A stretch of DNA of 64,000 bases, taken from the human T2T-CHM13v2.0 reference genome, Homo sapiens. The stretch is from the NCBI RefSeq assembly GCF_009914755.1, contig NC_060947.1; one strand, written 5' to 3'. The translations under genes were made by a program, and so were the position numbers. A model generated the notes under the pieces. The model worked only from the letters and a program-made list of their open reading frames with translations. It was not told the DNA's origin and did not search any database. Below, in pieces: positions 52,135 through 64,000 of this stretch; within the stretch, counting starts at the first letter, position 1, and each line of letters opens with the position of its first letter.

Positions 52135-52280
52135 GCTAGACTGTCAGCCCCTGAATGCAAGGACACAAACTAGTCTTGTTCACTGCTTAATGCTCACCTC
52201 CATACCACCTCAGCACAGAGAATGGACAGAGTCAGCACTTGGTACATCTGTGCCAATTTCATGTTGTGGAATGAACTTGA
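52135..52280 (+). mobile_element. L2 3' end
   Basis: ctagactgtcagcccctgaatgcaaggac ... gtcttgttcactgc. Confidence 0.65.
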
Positions 52281-52933
52281 AGACACTAAATAGATGCCTC
52301 CTGACCCTCAAAATTCACTATCCCCCACCCCGTTTAAAAAGAGTAGCAACTGGTTTATCTGTTTCGTTTTAAAAAGTTATCAGGATGGCGAAACTGGCCC
52401 AGAGAGAGGAATGGACTTGCCCAAAGCCACAGGAACTAGCATGCATCCCAGGCTTCCACCATCCTAGAGCAAGTTGTGCTTCCCATTGACACTCATTTTG
52501 TAAATGAGACCTGTGTGGTTCAGGAGGTTGTACAGCTGACAGGCAGCAGAACCTGGGTGTACACCAGGGCTTTTTGCCTCCTAGATCAAGAGAACCTGAG
52601 TTCTCTGACCACAGCATGCTAGAGGCCACAACCAACAGGAACACAGGAATGAGGACAGACAAGTGCCCTTGGGGAGGCTCAGGCTGGCGACTACCCCATG
52701 CAGAGGAAGTGCACGGAACTTGATCTGGGAGAAAGAAGGCTGCCTGCTGGCTACCACCCTGAGTCTGCCCTGACCCCAGCCCCTCTCACAGGCTCTGAGG
52801 CCCCAGCACATCATTACTCTCCCTGGGCTGCTCACAGCCTGTCATCCCCACCTTAGCATGGGCCCTGGTGACATGCAGGTGGCAGTGGCTCAGCACTGCC
52901 AAAGGGGCACAGCAAGGGTTGCCACCTGCAGTT

Positions 52934-53045
52934 CACTCACACACAAATACACATGTGTGTGCACACACTCGCACGTGTACATTCACACGCGTACACATGC
53001 ACACACACACTCTCATATGTACCTCCCCTCCCCCACCCCACACAC
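52934..53045. repeat. Imperfect (CA)n tract
   Basis: cacacacaaatacacatgtgtgtgcacacactcgcacgtgtacattcacacgcgtacacatgcacacacacac. Confidence 0.85.
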
Positions 53046-53416
53046 GGGCAGATTCAAGGCTGCCTACCCTCCCTTTTCCCCAGGATTGCAGTAGCTGCCT
53101 CCTCTGCCCCCATATTGTGCCCCTTTGCCGGCACTCCCGGGCTCGTGGCAGTGGGGGTGGGGAAGCACAAGCAGAAATGAAAGTACAGATTTTGATCCAT
53201 CCTCATCAGGAACGGCTGTCCCATCTAGGAGTCCCCGGACAGGATTTTCCATGCCTTTCTGAAAGGGCCACTCAGAGTCTCAGCCTGTGCAGTGAATAGG
53301 ACACTAAGCATCTGTTCTAGACTTTGCTTCCGTTCATGGAGTGGAGGCTTTTGACTGTTTGCCAGGAGCAGAGAGGCCTGGGGTGCTGTGGAAAGTGGGG
53401 CTCAATGTTCATATGC

Positions 53417-53509
53417 TGTGTGCATTCATTTGTGGGCATGTGCATTTATGTGTGAGTGTGCCCCTGGGCATGCTTCTGGCTTTGGGCACGTCTGTGTGTT
53501 GACAAATGA

Positions 53510-53554
<45 letters not shown>

Positions 53555-53635
53555 CCTGTCTGTTGGTATGTGTGCATGTGTGTACATACGCATATGTGTG
53601 TGCATGTGTGTATGTGTCTCCATGTGTGTCTGCAC
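53417..53635. repeat. (TG)n-rich tract with pure (TG)19 core
   Basis: Pure TG 53513-53550 within a ~220-bp alternating purine-pyrimidine tract. Confidence 0.95.
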
Positions 53636-53641
53636 ATTGCC

Positions 53642-54010
53642 TGTCTCAGTCGGCTTGGCTGCTATAACAACGTACCATAGACTGGGTGGCTGAAACAACA
53701 CATTTATTCCTCACAATTCTGGAAGCTGGGAAGTCCAAGATCAAGGTGCCAGCAGATTCAGTTCCTGGTGAGAGGTCTCGTTCTGTCTTGCAGACAGCTG
53801 CCTTTTCACTGTGTCCTCACACGGCAGAAGGAGACAGTGAGCTCTAGTCTCGCTTCCTTTTCTTATAAGGACACTATTCCATTGTGGGTCCCCATCCTCA
53901 TGGCCTTACCTAACTTTAATTATCTCCCAAGGGCCCCACCTCCAAATACAATCACATTGGGGTCAGGGCTTTAACATGAATTTTGAGGTGGACACATTTA
54001 GTTCATGGCA
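53642..54010 (-). mobile_element. MaLR solo LTR (MLT1A-like)
   Basis: tgtctcagtcggcttggctgctataacaacgtaccatagactgggtgg ... gacacatttagttcatggca; TSD ttgcc/gtgcc. Confidence 0.92.
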
Positions 54011-54239
54011 GTGCCCGTGTGTGTGTGCGCGCGTGTGTGTGTCAAACAATCAGCAGCTCTACCATGCTGCTGCCACCATCGTCCCCTCTGGATTTCCTGA
54101 ATGAGGTTATCTTCTGCCTTCTCCAGATCTAAGCACTTGGATCTCTGGACTTGGCCAGTCTCCATCACAACCCTGCAATCACCTCTCTCAGTGTGGGTAT
54201 CAGCATTGAGAACATGAACAAGGCCAGACGTCCCTGGCT

Positions 54240-54585
54240 ACCTTCACAGCCAGGGCAGCACCATGACCTCAGAGCCTGATCCCAGAGCCCACTCGAAGCT
54301 TCCATATGCTTCCATCGTTCTCTCTGCTTCTCCCCCGGAAGATCCCTATTACTCCTTTAAAGCCCAGTTCCAACACCTACTCCCCAGGAAGCCTGGCAGC
54401 TTGCACCCCAGGAGGCTTAGTCACTCACTCCCTTGCCTGGGCTCCCACAGTGTCTTGCATGCAGCACTTTTACAGCTCTTGCCAGGTGGTACTTTAGGTA
54501 CGCCTGTCTCCACAGCTACCAAGTGAGAACCCGGCGCTGGTTCATTCTGTTGTACCCAGCACCTGTTTGTCGAGTGACTGAAAGA
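54240..54585 (+). mobile_element. L2 fragment
   Basis: cctattactcctttaaagcccagttccaacacctactccccaggaagcc ... ttcattctgttgtacccagcacctgtttgtcgagtgactga. Confidence 0.65.
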
Positions 54586-55484
54586 GTGCCTACTATTGTC
54601 TCATGAAGATTCAAGGGCAGTGCCCAGGGGGAACATCTGGCTAGGTCTTTTCACTGGTGACGAATTTCTGACAAGATTGCACCATAGGAGGCAAGGACAG
54701 TCAGGAAACATCGTGCTGCAGTTTCTCTCTCCATCAAGGTCAGTTCCCATCTTCCTCCACCCCTGGCAAGCAGCACAGGTCACAGAGGAGGTGCAAAGCT
54801 CTGTGTCCTCCCAAACAGAGCCCCTCCCCACCATAGCCAGGAGGCCTGCTTCTCTTGACACTGGGAAGCCTCCATAAGCATTGGAGTGATCACAGACCCA
54901 AAGACTGGCTGCCCCTTCTCCAGACCGATAGGGACACCAAAGCCTAGAGGGACAGCATCTAACCAGGGTCTCTCAGCAGAGCAGTCACAGAGCTGGGTTC
55001 AGCCATTCCCCTGTGTGGCATAAGACGCCCCACCCTGTCCCAGGGAAGTAGAGGCTCCAGGCTCTTCCTTTCCTGCAGACATGTGAGCAGCAGATGGAAG
55101 CCAAGTCCAAGACCCTGAGAAGCACCATGGCAGCTCAGGGCACTGCAGCCTGCCAAGGAGATGAGGCTAAGGAGCCGAGCTGGCTATAGCCCCTGATTTC
55201 TCTGAATGGAATTGAAAAGAATGAGGCTATGGCTGTCACTCCCACCTCTATGTGCCATGCTGCCAGCACTGGGAAGTAACATCTCTGCTCATCACCAGCC
55301 TCGTGTCCTATGAACTTGGGGAGCCTTCAAAGTGCCCACTTAAATAAACGCAGGCACTTCCAAATCCCCACTGCTGAAAAAGGGCAAAACCTCAGATGGT
55401 CCCAACTGAACTCATGGCACAAGAGCCAGGCCAAGACAGAGCATGACCAGGAATGGCAGGCCAGGGGCAGGGAGGAGGAATCTT

Positions 55485-55795
55485 TGGAGGTTTTATTACT
55501 TTTTGCTTTGTGATGACTGGCTTGGAGCCCACACAGTTCTTGAATACATAATAGGGAATTGGGTGAGCCTGCAGAAATAAATTTTATTAGCACACAATCA
55601 CTGCAGCCCCAGACAGGGCCTTCTTTCAACAGGTCCGGTCAATTAGCAGAATAATGCAAGGGCTGGTTTTCGTTTTAAAAGGTTTAATTAAAGTTTGGGT
55701 ACAATGAACATGCAAGCCACCAATCTGTCTTTCAAGGCATGTATTATCTGGAAATTGATTGTAACTTATGCTTCTTTCTAGAAGTGTAATTCCTT
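55485..55795. promoter_or_regulatory. Candidate conserved non-coding element / enhancer (homeodomain and SOX motif cluster)
   Basis: AT-rich repeat-free island in GC-rich context: TTTTATTA 55491 and 55582, CAATTA 55640, TTTAATTAAA 55683, ACAATG 55701, AATTGATTG 55753. Confidence 0.35.
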
Positions 55796-56389
55796 AGAAG
55801 ACATGGAAGGCACCCCTCTCCACCTCTCCCCACCCCACCCCCACGAACACTTCTCCCTATCTCCCCAGCTCCTCTCCCACCCGACCCAAACTGCCCTATC
55901 CCTCTGCCTTAATATAGTCAACAATGCCAAGGTTTCACGTGTGGTTCAGTGGGGACCAGTGTTCCTCTGGGGAGGAAACCCAGCCCCCAGGTCTACTGTG
56001 TGTGGGCAGGAGCTGGGAGCCCAAGGTACCTCTTCCCTCCCTCACAGAGCTGGAGGCCAACACGTCAGCTTTATTTGCCCTGAAAGAACAGAGAACACCA
56101 AGTCTCAAGTCAGCCACTGCTGCCGAGAGCAACAGGTTTGAGTGGGAGGGTGTGCAGGGCTGGCAAAGGACAGCCTTTTTGCAGAGACAGGCCTCCCTCA
56201 TACAGGCCCCATTTGTCAGGACAGGCCTGGACAGGGTGCTGCTCCCTCTCTAGCTGGGTGGGCAGCTCCTTCGGCTGGACCACCCTTTAAGAGATGCCAA
56301 CTGTTTGTCACTTTTCTGCCTGGCACAGTGCTGGGCATTGGACAGGATGGGGGTCTAGTGAGGGCCTCCCCTTTGGGGATCTTAGAGCA

Positions 56390-56605
56390 TAGCCGGGAGG
56401 CAGCATGAGCCAGTTTGGGGGTTATGAGGTCAGTCAAGCCTGAACTGGAATACTGGCTCCTGGGGCCACCCCTGCTGGGCACTGTGTGGCGTTGGGCCAC
56501 CGTTTCCTCATCTGTACAATGGCTAGACAGAGAGAACCTGCCTCCTCCACACTCACAGCTTCTGATCATCACCCGCATCACAACTCTGGTTGTCCTGTGA
56601 GGACC
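56390..56605 (+). mobile_element. MIR SINE
   Basis: gttgggccaccgtttcctcatctgtacaatggc ... ggttgtcctgtgagga. Confidence 0.7.
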
Positions 56606-57278
56606 TCCCTGGACCAGCACTGTCTGCAGTGGGGCAGGCTGCTCTGCAGGGCTGGGGGAAGCACCCAGTCTCTGGAGCTGTGGGGACAGGGGTGTCCCAA
56701 GGCTGGGCCTGCCCTGTCTCATCCCCTCCACCAGTGTGGTCTCCCGTGCCCAGGCAGCAGGCGGCAAGAGCTGATGCAGGGTGACTCCGGGGGCCCTGGC
56801 ACGCCTCGAGCCTTAAGCCGGTCAGTCTCTGGGAGCCTGTGGGAAAGACAGGCAGGGCCTCTCGGGTCAGGCAGGCCCCCAGCACAAAGTGCTGACAGGT
56901 GGGGAGATCCAGGCCCACAGGAGGCAGGGCTGTGCCCGAGGTCCCTTGCAAGTCAAGGCCCCGGGGCGGGGGCGGTCCCTGAGTCCTCAGCTGGGGCTCT
57001 CAGCAGGGCCTCCCCAGGTGCCCTGGGCTCTGGAGGACCCAGTAGCCCCGTCCAAGATCCTCAGAAGGAACCAGTATAATGCTGGGGTCAGAGTGGGAAA
57101 ATGTCCCACCTGGTTTGGGTGACTCTGAGTCCTTCTGCAAATTCACCTGGTGAAGGTGGCATCTGCCCCATGGGTGCACACTGTCCCCGGGAGCACAAGA
57201 CACATCTCAGAAACAGCGGCCTCGGCCCCAGTGGTGGCTGATGGGGCTTTCCCAGTGGATGCTCAGGGGAACCATGGA

Positions 57279-57410
57279 CCTCCTTCCCTCCTTCCCCTTC
57301 CCTCCCCCTCCCTCCCTCCCCCCTCCCTCTCTTTCCCTTTCTTTCCATCCCTCTCTCCCTCCTTCTCTCCCTCCCTCTTTCCGTCTGTTTCTCCCTCCCT
57401 TCCTCCTTCC
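57279..57410. repeat. Polypyrimidine (CCTT/CCCT) low-complexity tract
   Basis: cctccttccctccttccccttccctccccctccctccctcccc... Confidence 0.9.
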
Positions 57411-59859
57411 CAGGCTGTCAGGGAGATGCAGGGATGGGGCCTGGGCTCTGAGTTCCTTTGGGACTCCTGCCTGAATGTCTACCTGTCTCCCATAGCCCTT
57501 CGAAGGAGTGGCCTCCTGCCCACAAGCTGGAGGGCTCTGCCATTTGCAGGCTGGTGCCTTTCTCAGCTGCTCCTCTTGTGGGGCCACTCTCTAAAGAGAA
57601 CAGGTGAGAGATCAGTCACAGACCCATAGGCACGTCCCTGGCCTGGCTAAGACATACAAGGGACTGATATGACCCTGGGCTCTGGGGGCAGAACCCTGCC
57701 CTGCCACAGCACAGATGTGGGTGGTTCTGTGTCCCCAGCACAGTGGGGATGCACTGCAGAGACACAGCATGCAGTCCAGGCTGTCCCCTCCCCGCCGCCG
57801 AGCTCGCCATTGCTTCAGATGCCATGGAGGGCCATCATTGTCATCACTGCCATAGAGGGCCAAGAGGAGCGGGAGCCACTGGGGAGGCAGAGGTCTGCTG
57901 GGGCTGAGGGTGGGCCTTGGAGAGTGACACCTCCACAAGACTAGAATGGAGCCAGAGAATGAGGACACATCAGCAGAGTCTGACCTGTCAGGGTCCCCCC
58001 AGTCCCCACTAAGGGCAAGTGGCTAGAGGTCCTCAGAAAAGCCCCCCAGGGAAGCCCAGAAGCCCCCAGCATAGAGCTCCAGGGATTGAGAAGAGTTTGG
58101 TGAAACCAGAAACTACCATGTGGCCCTGGTGACCCTGGTGCCAGAGGAGGGAGTGGGGTTGGGGGAGGGGACTGCCACTCCCTGGGGCTCCAAGCACTGC
58201 CTCTCCCTCAGCTCCAGAGCTGGGGCTGAGGATACAGTTTCACAGAGTCCACCCCTTCTTCCCTAGACCCCAAAATAAGAAAGTGGAATCTGAGAGCCTA
58301 AAGAATTCCTAGGATTCCTCCCCTGCCAAATTTAGCCCTGGAATGGTCCGGACAATTCATGGTGGAGCTGCTGAGATTTTCTGGGTAATGACAATTGGTC
58401 ATCACTTCCTGTAGGGACTGGTCTCCTGGTCGGAAATCACTGGTTTGTCACAGCTAAGTTAGGCCTCAGTGCCAGGGTCTAAGAACTGCCTGTTAGCCCC
58501 ACTCTAAGGGGGAAAGAGGCTGATGGGTCTAGTCACGGGGCTGGAGTCAGGGCTTCCTGCCCCTGGTGGAGCTCCTGAAAGAATGGAGTCCACGTAGCAG
58601 CTAAGGGAGCCAGTGCTCTAGTGTGAAAGAGCTGTCCAGAGTTATAGATTCTTTCGTCAATTCCAAGGAATATGGCTCAGCTGCTGTGAGCTAAGGCACA
58701 GGTATGGACAACTCAACACAGGGCAGAGAGACTTGAGAACATGGCTGGGAGCTAGGTGGCCTCAGGCATGTGGGTTCCATTCTCAGCCTCCAAGTTTGCT
58801 ATTGTAAAGTGAGACTGCCCACTGAACATCCCACACAATGCACGAGTGGGGATTACTTGAGACAATCGGGCAAATGCTTAGCAGAGCTGGATGGAGGCAA
58901 GGCTGACTCTTGAAGGGCCTTGACTACCGTACAGAAATGCCTAAGGAGAATGTAAAGCAAGGACAAAGCAAGAAAAGAGGACATAGGTGTGGCATATCAC
59001 CTTTGACCTCTACAGGCATAGCAGCGCTGGCCTTCACACCTGGAGTACCGTCCAGTGAATCCCTCAATACACAACTCCCTAACTCAAGGCCGGAAGGCCA
59101 CCCAGCCCCCAGGCAGCCTTGTTCTTGCTCTTTTCTGACCCTCTTTGTTGCATTCTGGACTCCCTTATGCTAGGAACAGTCAATGTCAGGTCCCTCTCCC
59201 TTCAAAACCCTGTGAAATCAAGTGATATTGGGTAAGTCACATTTCTACCCATTCTAAGCATCAGTTTTCTTACCTATAAAATGCAGGCTTATTGCACACA
59301 GGAGGGGTCCAAAGTTGATTGGTTCCCTCTACATCCTAAACACAGTTATACCCACAGCTTTCCTCTTCAAGGCAGGTAATTCCCTCCCCAGCCCCAGCTT
59401 ACAGCACTCCACCTTCAGGTCCCTTTAACCTGGCCTCACCCCAGGTGTCAGGAGCCTCAGGGTGGAGCCCGACTTTGCCAGCTAGAGTGGGAGGCTAAGG
59501 AAGGTTGATAAGCTGTTGTAGTTATCCATGGCTTGGCCTTCTCTCAAGATTGCCAAGAGCTTCAGTTTTGTCCCCTGGTTTGGCAACAGGAAGTCAGCAC
59601 AGGATCTTATCATTGGCCAAGCTCATTGAATGAATGACAGTGAATGACAGTGCAATTGGCAGCAGCTGGGGGTAGGTGGAAAAATAAGGGGAGGGCAGTG
59701 AAGAGAGGTGGAGAAAGCCCTGAGCTGGGAGGTAGGACACCTGAGATCAAACAACCCCACCCCACTTAGTCTTGAGCATGGCACTCTTCACTGCCTTTTT
59801 GGGCTACAGTAGAGTCTCAAAGTCTTTGAAATATGTACCTCTCTTGGAATTCTTTGTTC

Positions 59860-60010
59860 CTTGTCTCACTTCCCTGTAAAATGGCAAATATCAGAAGGGC
59901 AGCAATAAGCTTGATCTCAGTCACTGTTCCACCTCCAATGCCAAATACACACAATCAGCATTTGATAAATATGCAGCAAACAAGAGAATCAACAGATGAA
60001 TACATGAAAG
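59860..60010 (+). mobile_element. L2 3' end
   Basis: gatctcagtcactgttccacctccaatgccaaatacacacaatcagcatttgataaatatg. Confidence 0.55.
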
Positions 60011-60563
60011 GAAGGAACAGGAACATGTTTGGTAATTTGCAAAGAACTGTGCACACCCAAGGGAGCCCTCTTATGGAAGCATAGTGGACCAAAGGCAGGA
60101 TCAAGAAGTCAGGCTCCTAGGCTCTTCTTCTTGAGACAGCCAAGCAGAGACAGCCTACTCAGAGTGCCTTGGCCAGGCCAGCTCTTACTTCTAAACTTAG
60201 TGTTGGTCAGTGCTGTCTTCAGGGGAGTTACCTGCATTCCCTGTGATCAGCGTTCAGGTCCAAGAGTGAGCCACAGTGGGGCCCAGAAGGAAGGAGAGGC
60301 TGAAGCCTGTCGCACCCCCGTCTACAGTTGTATGCTTTGAGGACAAGCTGCCACTATGGATCTAGGGCTCCAAGGTCAACACACATTTGTACTGCTTCCT
60401 GGAATCTTGGCATTTTTCTTTTAGAATAATGGGAGGGTGTGTGTTAAATGTGAGGAGGAGGCAGGAGAAGAATGCTGCCGTTCAGTCCCTCCCCAGATGG
60501 GCCAAGACAGCATGCCTGTCCTTGCTCAGCTGTTTGAGCTGACCTGTGCCTGGGGTAAGATAA

Positions 60564-60979
<416 letters not shown>

Positions 60980-61949
60980 GAGGAAGGGAATCTTAGAGAC
61001 TGCATCTTCTAAATGTCTTAATTCCCCCCAAGATTTGTCTCAAGATCACCATCTCTTGCCTTTAGAATGCTGTGTTCTACTAGAAGTTTTTCGTGTTTGT
61101 TTGTTTGTTTTACACAAGTGTGAAAACAAGCAATGCCTAACTATTAGCTGTCAGTAACTGACTCCCAACACCCAATTCCAGAAAAAGAGTCCCCAGCCAA
61201 GCCCTCTGGAATGTCTTTCTTGGTGCCCTAGAAAAAGGAGGGCTGTACCTTCGAACTCTGCTGTTTTAAGACCAGTTTTAAGATGAAGAGCACCCTAAAG
61301 ATCATTCTATTCTTTCCCTCTCATCATAAAGATGGGAACACTGAGGCTAGAGAGGGGGGCAGGGCAGGCCTCTCCTGAGATTTCCATGTCAGGTCCAACC
61401 AAAAGGACTGCCATATCATCAGCCCCCATTTCAGCTTCATCTGAGCTCAGACCCCCATCAGAATACAGGGCCTGCAGTATAGCCCTACGGCCAGCATGGA
61501 AGGCACTTCTGGACATTTCACAGAAGCATGCCCATATGGGAATTTGCCCATATGGGAAATTTATAGCCCATGGTCCTGGCTTGGGGTCTGAGCTGGGCAT
61601 GCACTGGGACATAAGCTTGGAGTTTTAGACTTTGGGATGGCTCATGGGCTGTGCTGGAAGCACAAGGATATCAAGGCTCTATCTCATAACCAGGCTACGA
61701 GTGGGCATCCCCTACCCCTGCAGGCCTGAGCACACATGCCCAGAAAATACAACCCAGAGACATTTTCAAAACCACAGGCAAATAAAGCCCTGCAAGCCTG
61801 GCCCAGACAGGTGCCAAGCTTCTGCTGTCTTTGTGTGAACATCTCCTGTCAGTGGTCGGAGTATGTACCAGCTCCAAAGCCAGACCTAGGAGCCAGTGAG
61901 CTGCCACCCTGAGACCTGTGACACTGTGGGCAGGCTGCTCTGAGAGGCA

Positions 61950-62114
61950 GTGGAGACTCTAATGGAATCTGAAGTTAGGCTCCCTGTGTTCAGACCCTGC
62001 CTCTGTCACTGACTGCCTGGCTGCTCTTGGGTGTGTTACTTATTCTCTGGGCCCCTCAGTTTCCTCAAAAGCAAAATGGAGCTAATTGTAGAATTTTTGT
62101 AAGGCCAAAATGAG
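61950..62114 (+). mobile_element. MIR SINE
   Basis: gttacttattctctgggcccctcagtttcctcaaaagcaaaatggagctaat. Confidence 0.8.
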
Positions 62115-62168
62115 TGTGATGGTCAGGTTTATGTGTCACCTGGTCTAGGCTCTAGCCTAGCAGTTTGG
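62115..62168 (+). mobile_element. MLT2 LTR 5'-end fragment
   Basis: tgtgatggtcaggtttatgtgtcacctggtctaggct. Confidence 0.6.
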
Positions 62169-62344
62169 GCAGGGCAGGGAGTTAGGAAAGAGTGGTAGTG
62201 CCCCCACTCTCCACTTATCCCCAAGGGTGCTCATGTATCCAGAGAGTTCGCTGCTTAGGTGGGGGGTGAAGAGAACTTCCTGAATCTCAGGAAATGATTT
62301 CCAATCCAAATCTGGCCAACAGAAGACTACAAATAAGTGACCCA

Positions 62345-62520
62345 CAGGGCCCCCTCATCTTACTTGAATATACCGCCGAATCCCCTGGCGAGCTTGTTCG
62401 AGTGCATATTCTGAGTTGATAGGTCAGGGGAGGAGCCTGAGATTTCGAGATTCTGATGAGCTCACAGGGAATGGTGACATGGCTGGTCCCTGGACCACCG
62501 TTTTGGTAGCAAGATCCTAG
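62345..62520. mobile_element. MER5-type hAT MITE
   Basis: gaatcccctggcgagcttgtt ... taggtcaggggaggagcctgagattt ... gctggtccctggaccaccgttttggtagcaag. Confidence 0.7.
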
Positions 62521-62689
62521 ACAACACCCTTGCTGAGGGATACTTGGCCCTCATTCAATCCTCCAGAGCTGCACAGGGAACTCACTACCAACTAAGGCAG
62601 CCTATTTGTTCCTTGGTCTGCATCCTCCCACCCCACCCCACCCCAGCCAACAACCTTACAGCTGCCTTTAATAACTGAATAGTTTTGTA

Positions 62690-63095
62690 AATGACCTTGG
62701 GCTGCAAGACCTTTTACTTCTCTGGGGCTTCATTTTTTCCTTTGTAAAAGGAGGGGGTCAAATTAGACCTGTGGATTAGAGCACTCTTTGGAACTCTGCT
62801 TCTGCCCAGATACTCTGTGAATGAATTTCGTAGCTCTTGAAATAGAGTTGGGAAACACTGTTCATTTTATCTTCTTCCTGAAAATTCAAAGCATATAACA
62901 TAATAAAGGCTCCGATAAGTCCCACTAGAAAGAGAACTACTTAGTGTTGTTTAGCCCTAAAGCTCCCAAGTTATTTTTGATCTCTAAATCTTTTTTCTTA
63001 GTATCTTTTTTCCACATCTGGCAAAACTCATGTTCCATATAACACATTTCTGGAAATACTGAACTCGATGGACTTTAAAAGGCCTTCCAGAACCA
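62690..63095 (+). mobile_element. MIR3-like SINE split by a Charlie4-like hAT fragment (~62770-63062)
   Basis: tgaccttgggctgcaagacc ... ttcattttttcctttgtaaaaggagggggtc; insert with gagttgggaaacactg ... aaggctccgataagtccc; SINE resumes gatggactttaaaaggccttccag. Confidence 0.55.
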
Positions 63096-63399
63096 ACAGG
63101 TTTATTAATTTCCACAAGATTCATAAACGTGGATGGCTCTTAATTGTCATCCATTCACTGGGATGTTGAGGGATGCTGTGGCTCACAGACTGGATTCTGG
63201 CTGAGTACAAATAGCCACAACACCCTTGCCAGTAGCCCAGGGACTTTGGTGTAGCAACCATTTGAATGTCTGAATTTGACACTCTGACGGCAGATGAGCT
63301 CTGCAGTGATTCCTCCCAGTACTGCACCCAGAATAGAGAGTGTAGGCCAACTGCAGGCTGCTGTCCACCAAGAAAGGCAGCAGAGGATCTGGGTTATTT

Positions 63400-63600
63400 G
63401 AAGATTATAGATGTATTTTAAAAAGCAGATAAATGTTAAGGAACTTCTACCCAGAAAAATACACAGAAGTGCATCTGCACACATGCATACATATGCACAT
63501 ACAATATTCTGCACCCAAATCCAAAGGTCTCATAGATAAATTGAAGCCTCCATGGGCTTCCTAGGAGCGGGCATCCAAGCTTGACTCAAGAATCCCTGGA
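63400..63600 (-). mobile_element. MER112-like hAT MITE
   Basis: cttctacccagaaaaatacac ... atatgcacatacaatattctgcac ... tgaagcctccatggg ... caagaatccctg. Confidence 0.55.
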
Positions 63601-63789
63601 ATGGTCTTCGGACTCCTGGGAGGGGCTTACCTCTGACCCCCTTTGAGTGCCAAAAATGTCTGGAGACTTCCTACTCGTCTAGCGCAAGCAGGGGCAGGAG
63701 TGGAAGGTGGGCTCAGTCCCTCCCTGCCCTTCAGAGCTGCCATTCTCACTGGGCCATGAGACAGGCACTAGTTGTCTCCCAGACCTGGC

Positions 63790-64000
63790 TAAATTCAGAA
63801 GGCAAAAGCAATTATAGGAGCGCATTCGACAAGAGGGCAAGTTTGGGGCTTCTGCTGAGGGGTTTGAGAATGGTCGGTATTAAACACAAAGATAGTTTCT
63901 TCGAGGTGGGGCTTTGAGTTGTGATTTGAAGAATGTGGGTTGTGGCTTGGGGGAATCTAAAACCAGTTGTTCCTTGCAGAGGGGGCTAAAGGTTTGGGGA
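63790..64000 (-). mobile_element. L2 fragment
   Basis: gtttcttcgaggtggggctttgagttgtgatttgaagaatgtggg. Confidence 0.5.

Noticed and set aside
53388-53701. Cys/Val- and His/Thr-repeat ORFs
   Set aside because: Translations of the (TG)n microsatellite.
56216-57968. Longest ORFs (183, 197, 159 aa) and possible CpG island or promoter
   Set aside because: GC-rich sequence poor in stop codons, overlapping a MIR and a polypyrimidine tract; no domain similarity recognised; CpGs remain sparse.

Overview
Repeat-dense, non-coding primate genomic DNA, almost certainly human: it carries an AluYb8-lineage insertion at about 0.9-1.1 kb, and that lineage is human-specific. It looks intergenic or deep-intronic. 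I can support no protein-coding gene, RNA gene, CpG island or CRISPR array. Every ORF with a recognisable product is a decayed LINE-1 remnant, an Alu or LTR reading frame, or low-complexity translation. The first ~18.5 kb is an AT-rich stack of old L1M/HAL1 elements with nested Alu, MaLR, MLT2, ERV1-LTR and MER2 insertions. The rest is more GC-rich, with many MLT1/MLT2/LTR16/LTR33 solo LTRs, MIR/L2 fragments, hAT MITEs, Alus and short tandem repeats. I found no new multi-gene biological system. The best second-look items are: (1) a young AluYb8 right arm inserted into the A-rich linker of an older AluS; (2) a ~42-bp micro-inversion inside an L1 ORF2; (3) a TSD-flanked chimeric MLT2+ERV1-LTR insert ending at the LTR poly(A) signal, possibly a retrocopy of a repeat-derived transcript; (4) a twin-primed, 5'-inverted L1MA insertion inside an MLT2; (5) several repeat-free, motif-dense segments resembling developmental enhancers. 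Subfamily names come from recalled consensus sequences, not a database search, and most old-repeat boundaries are approximate.
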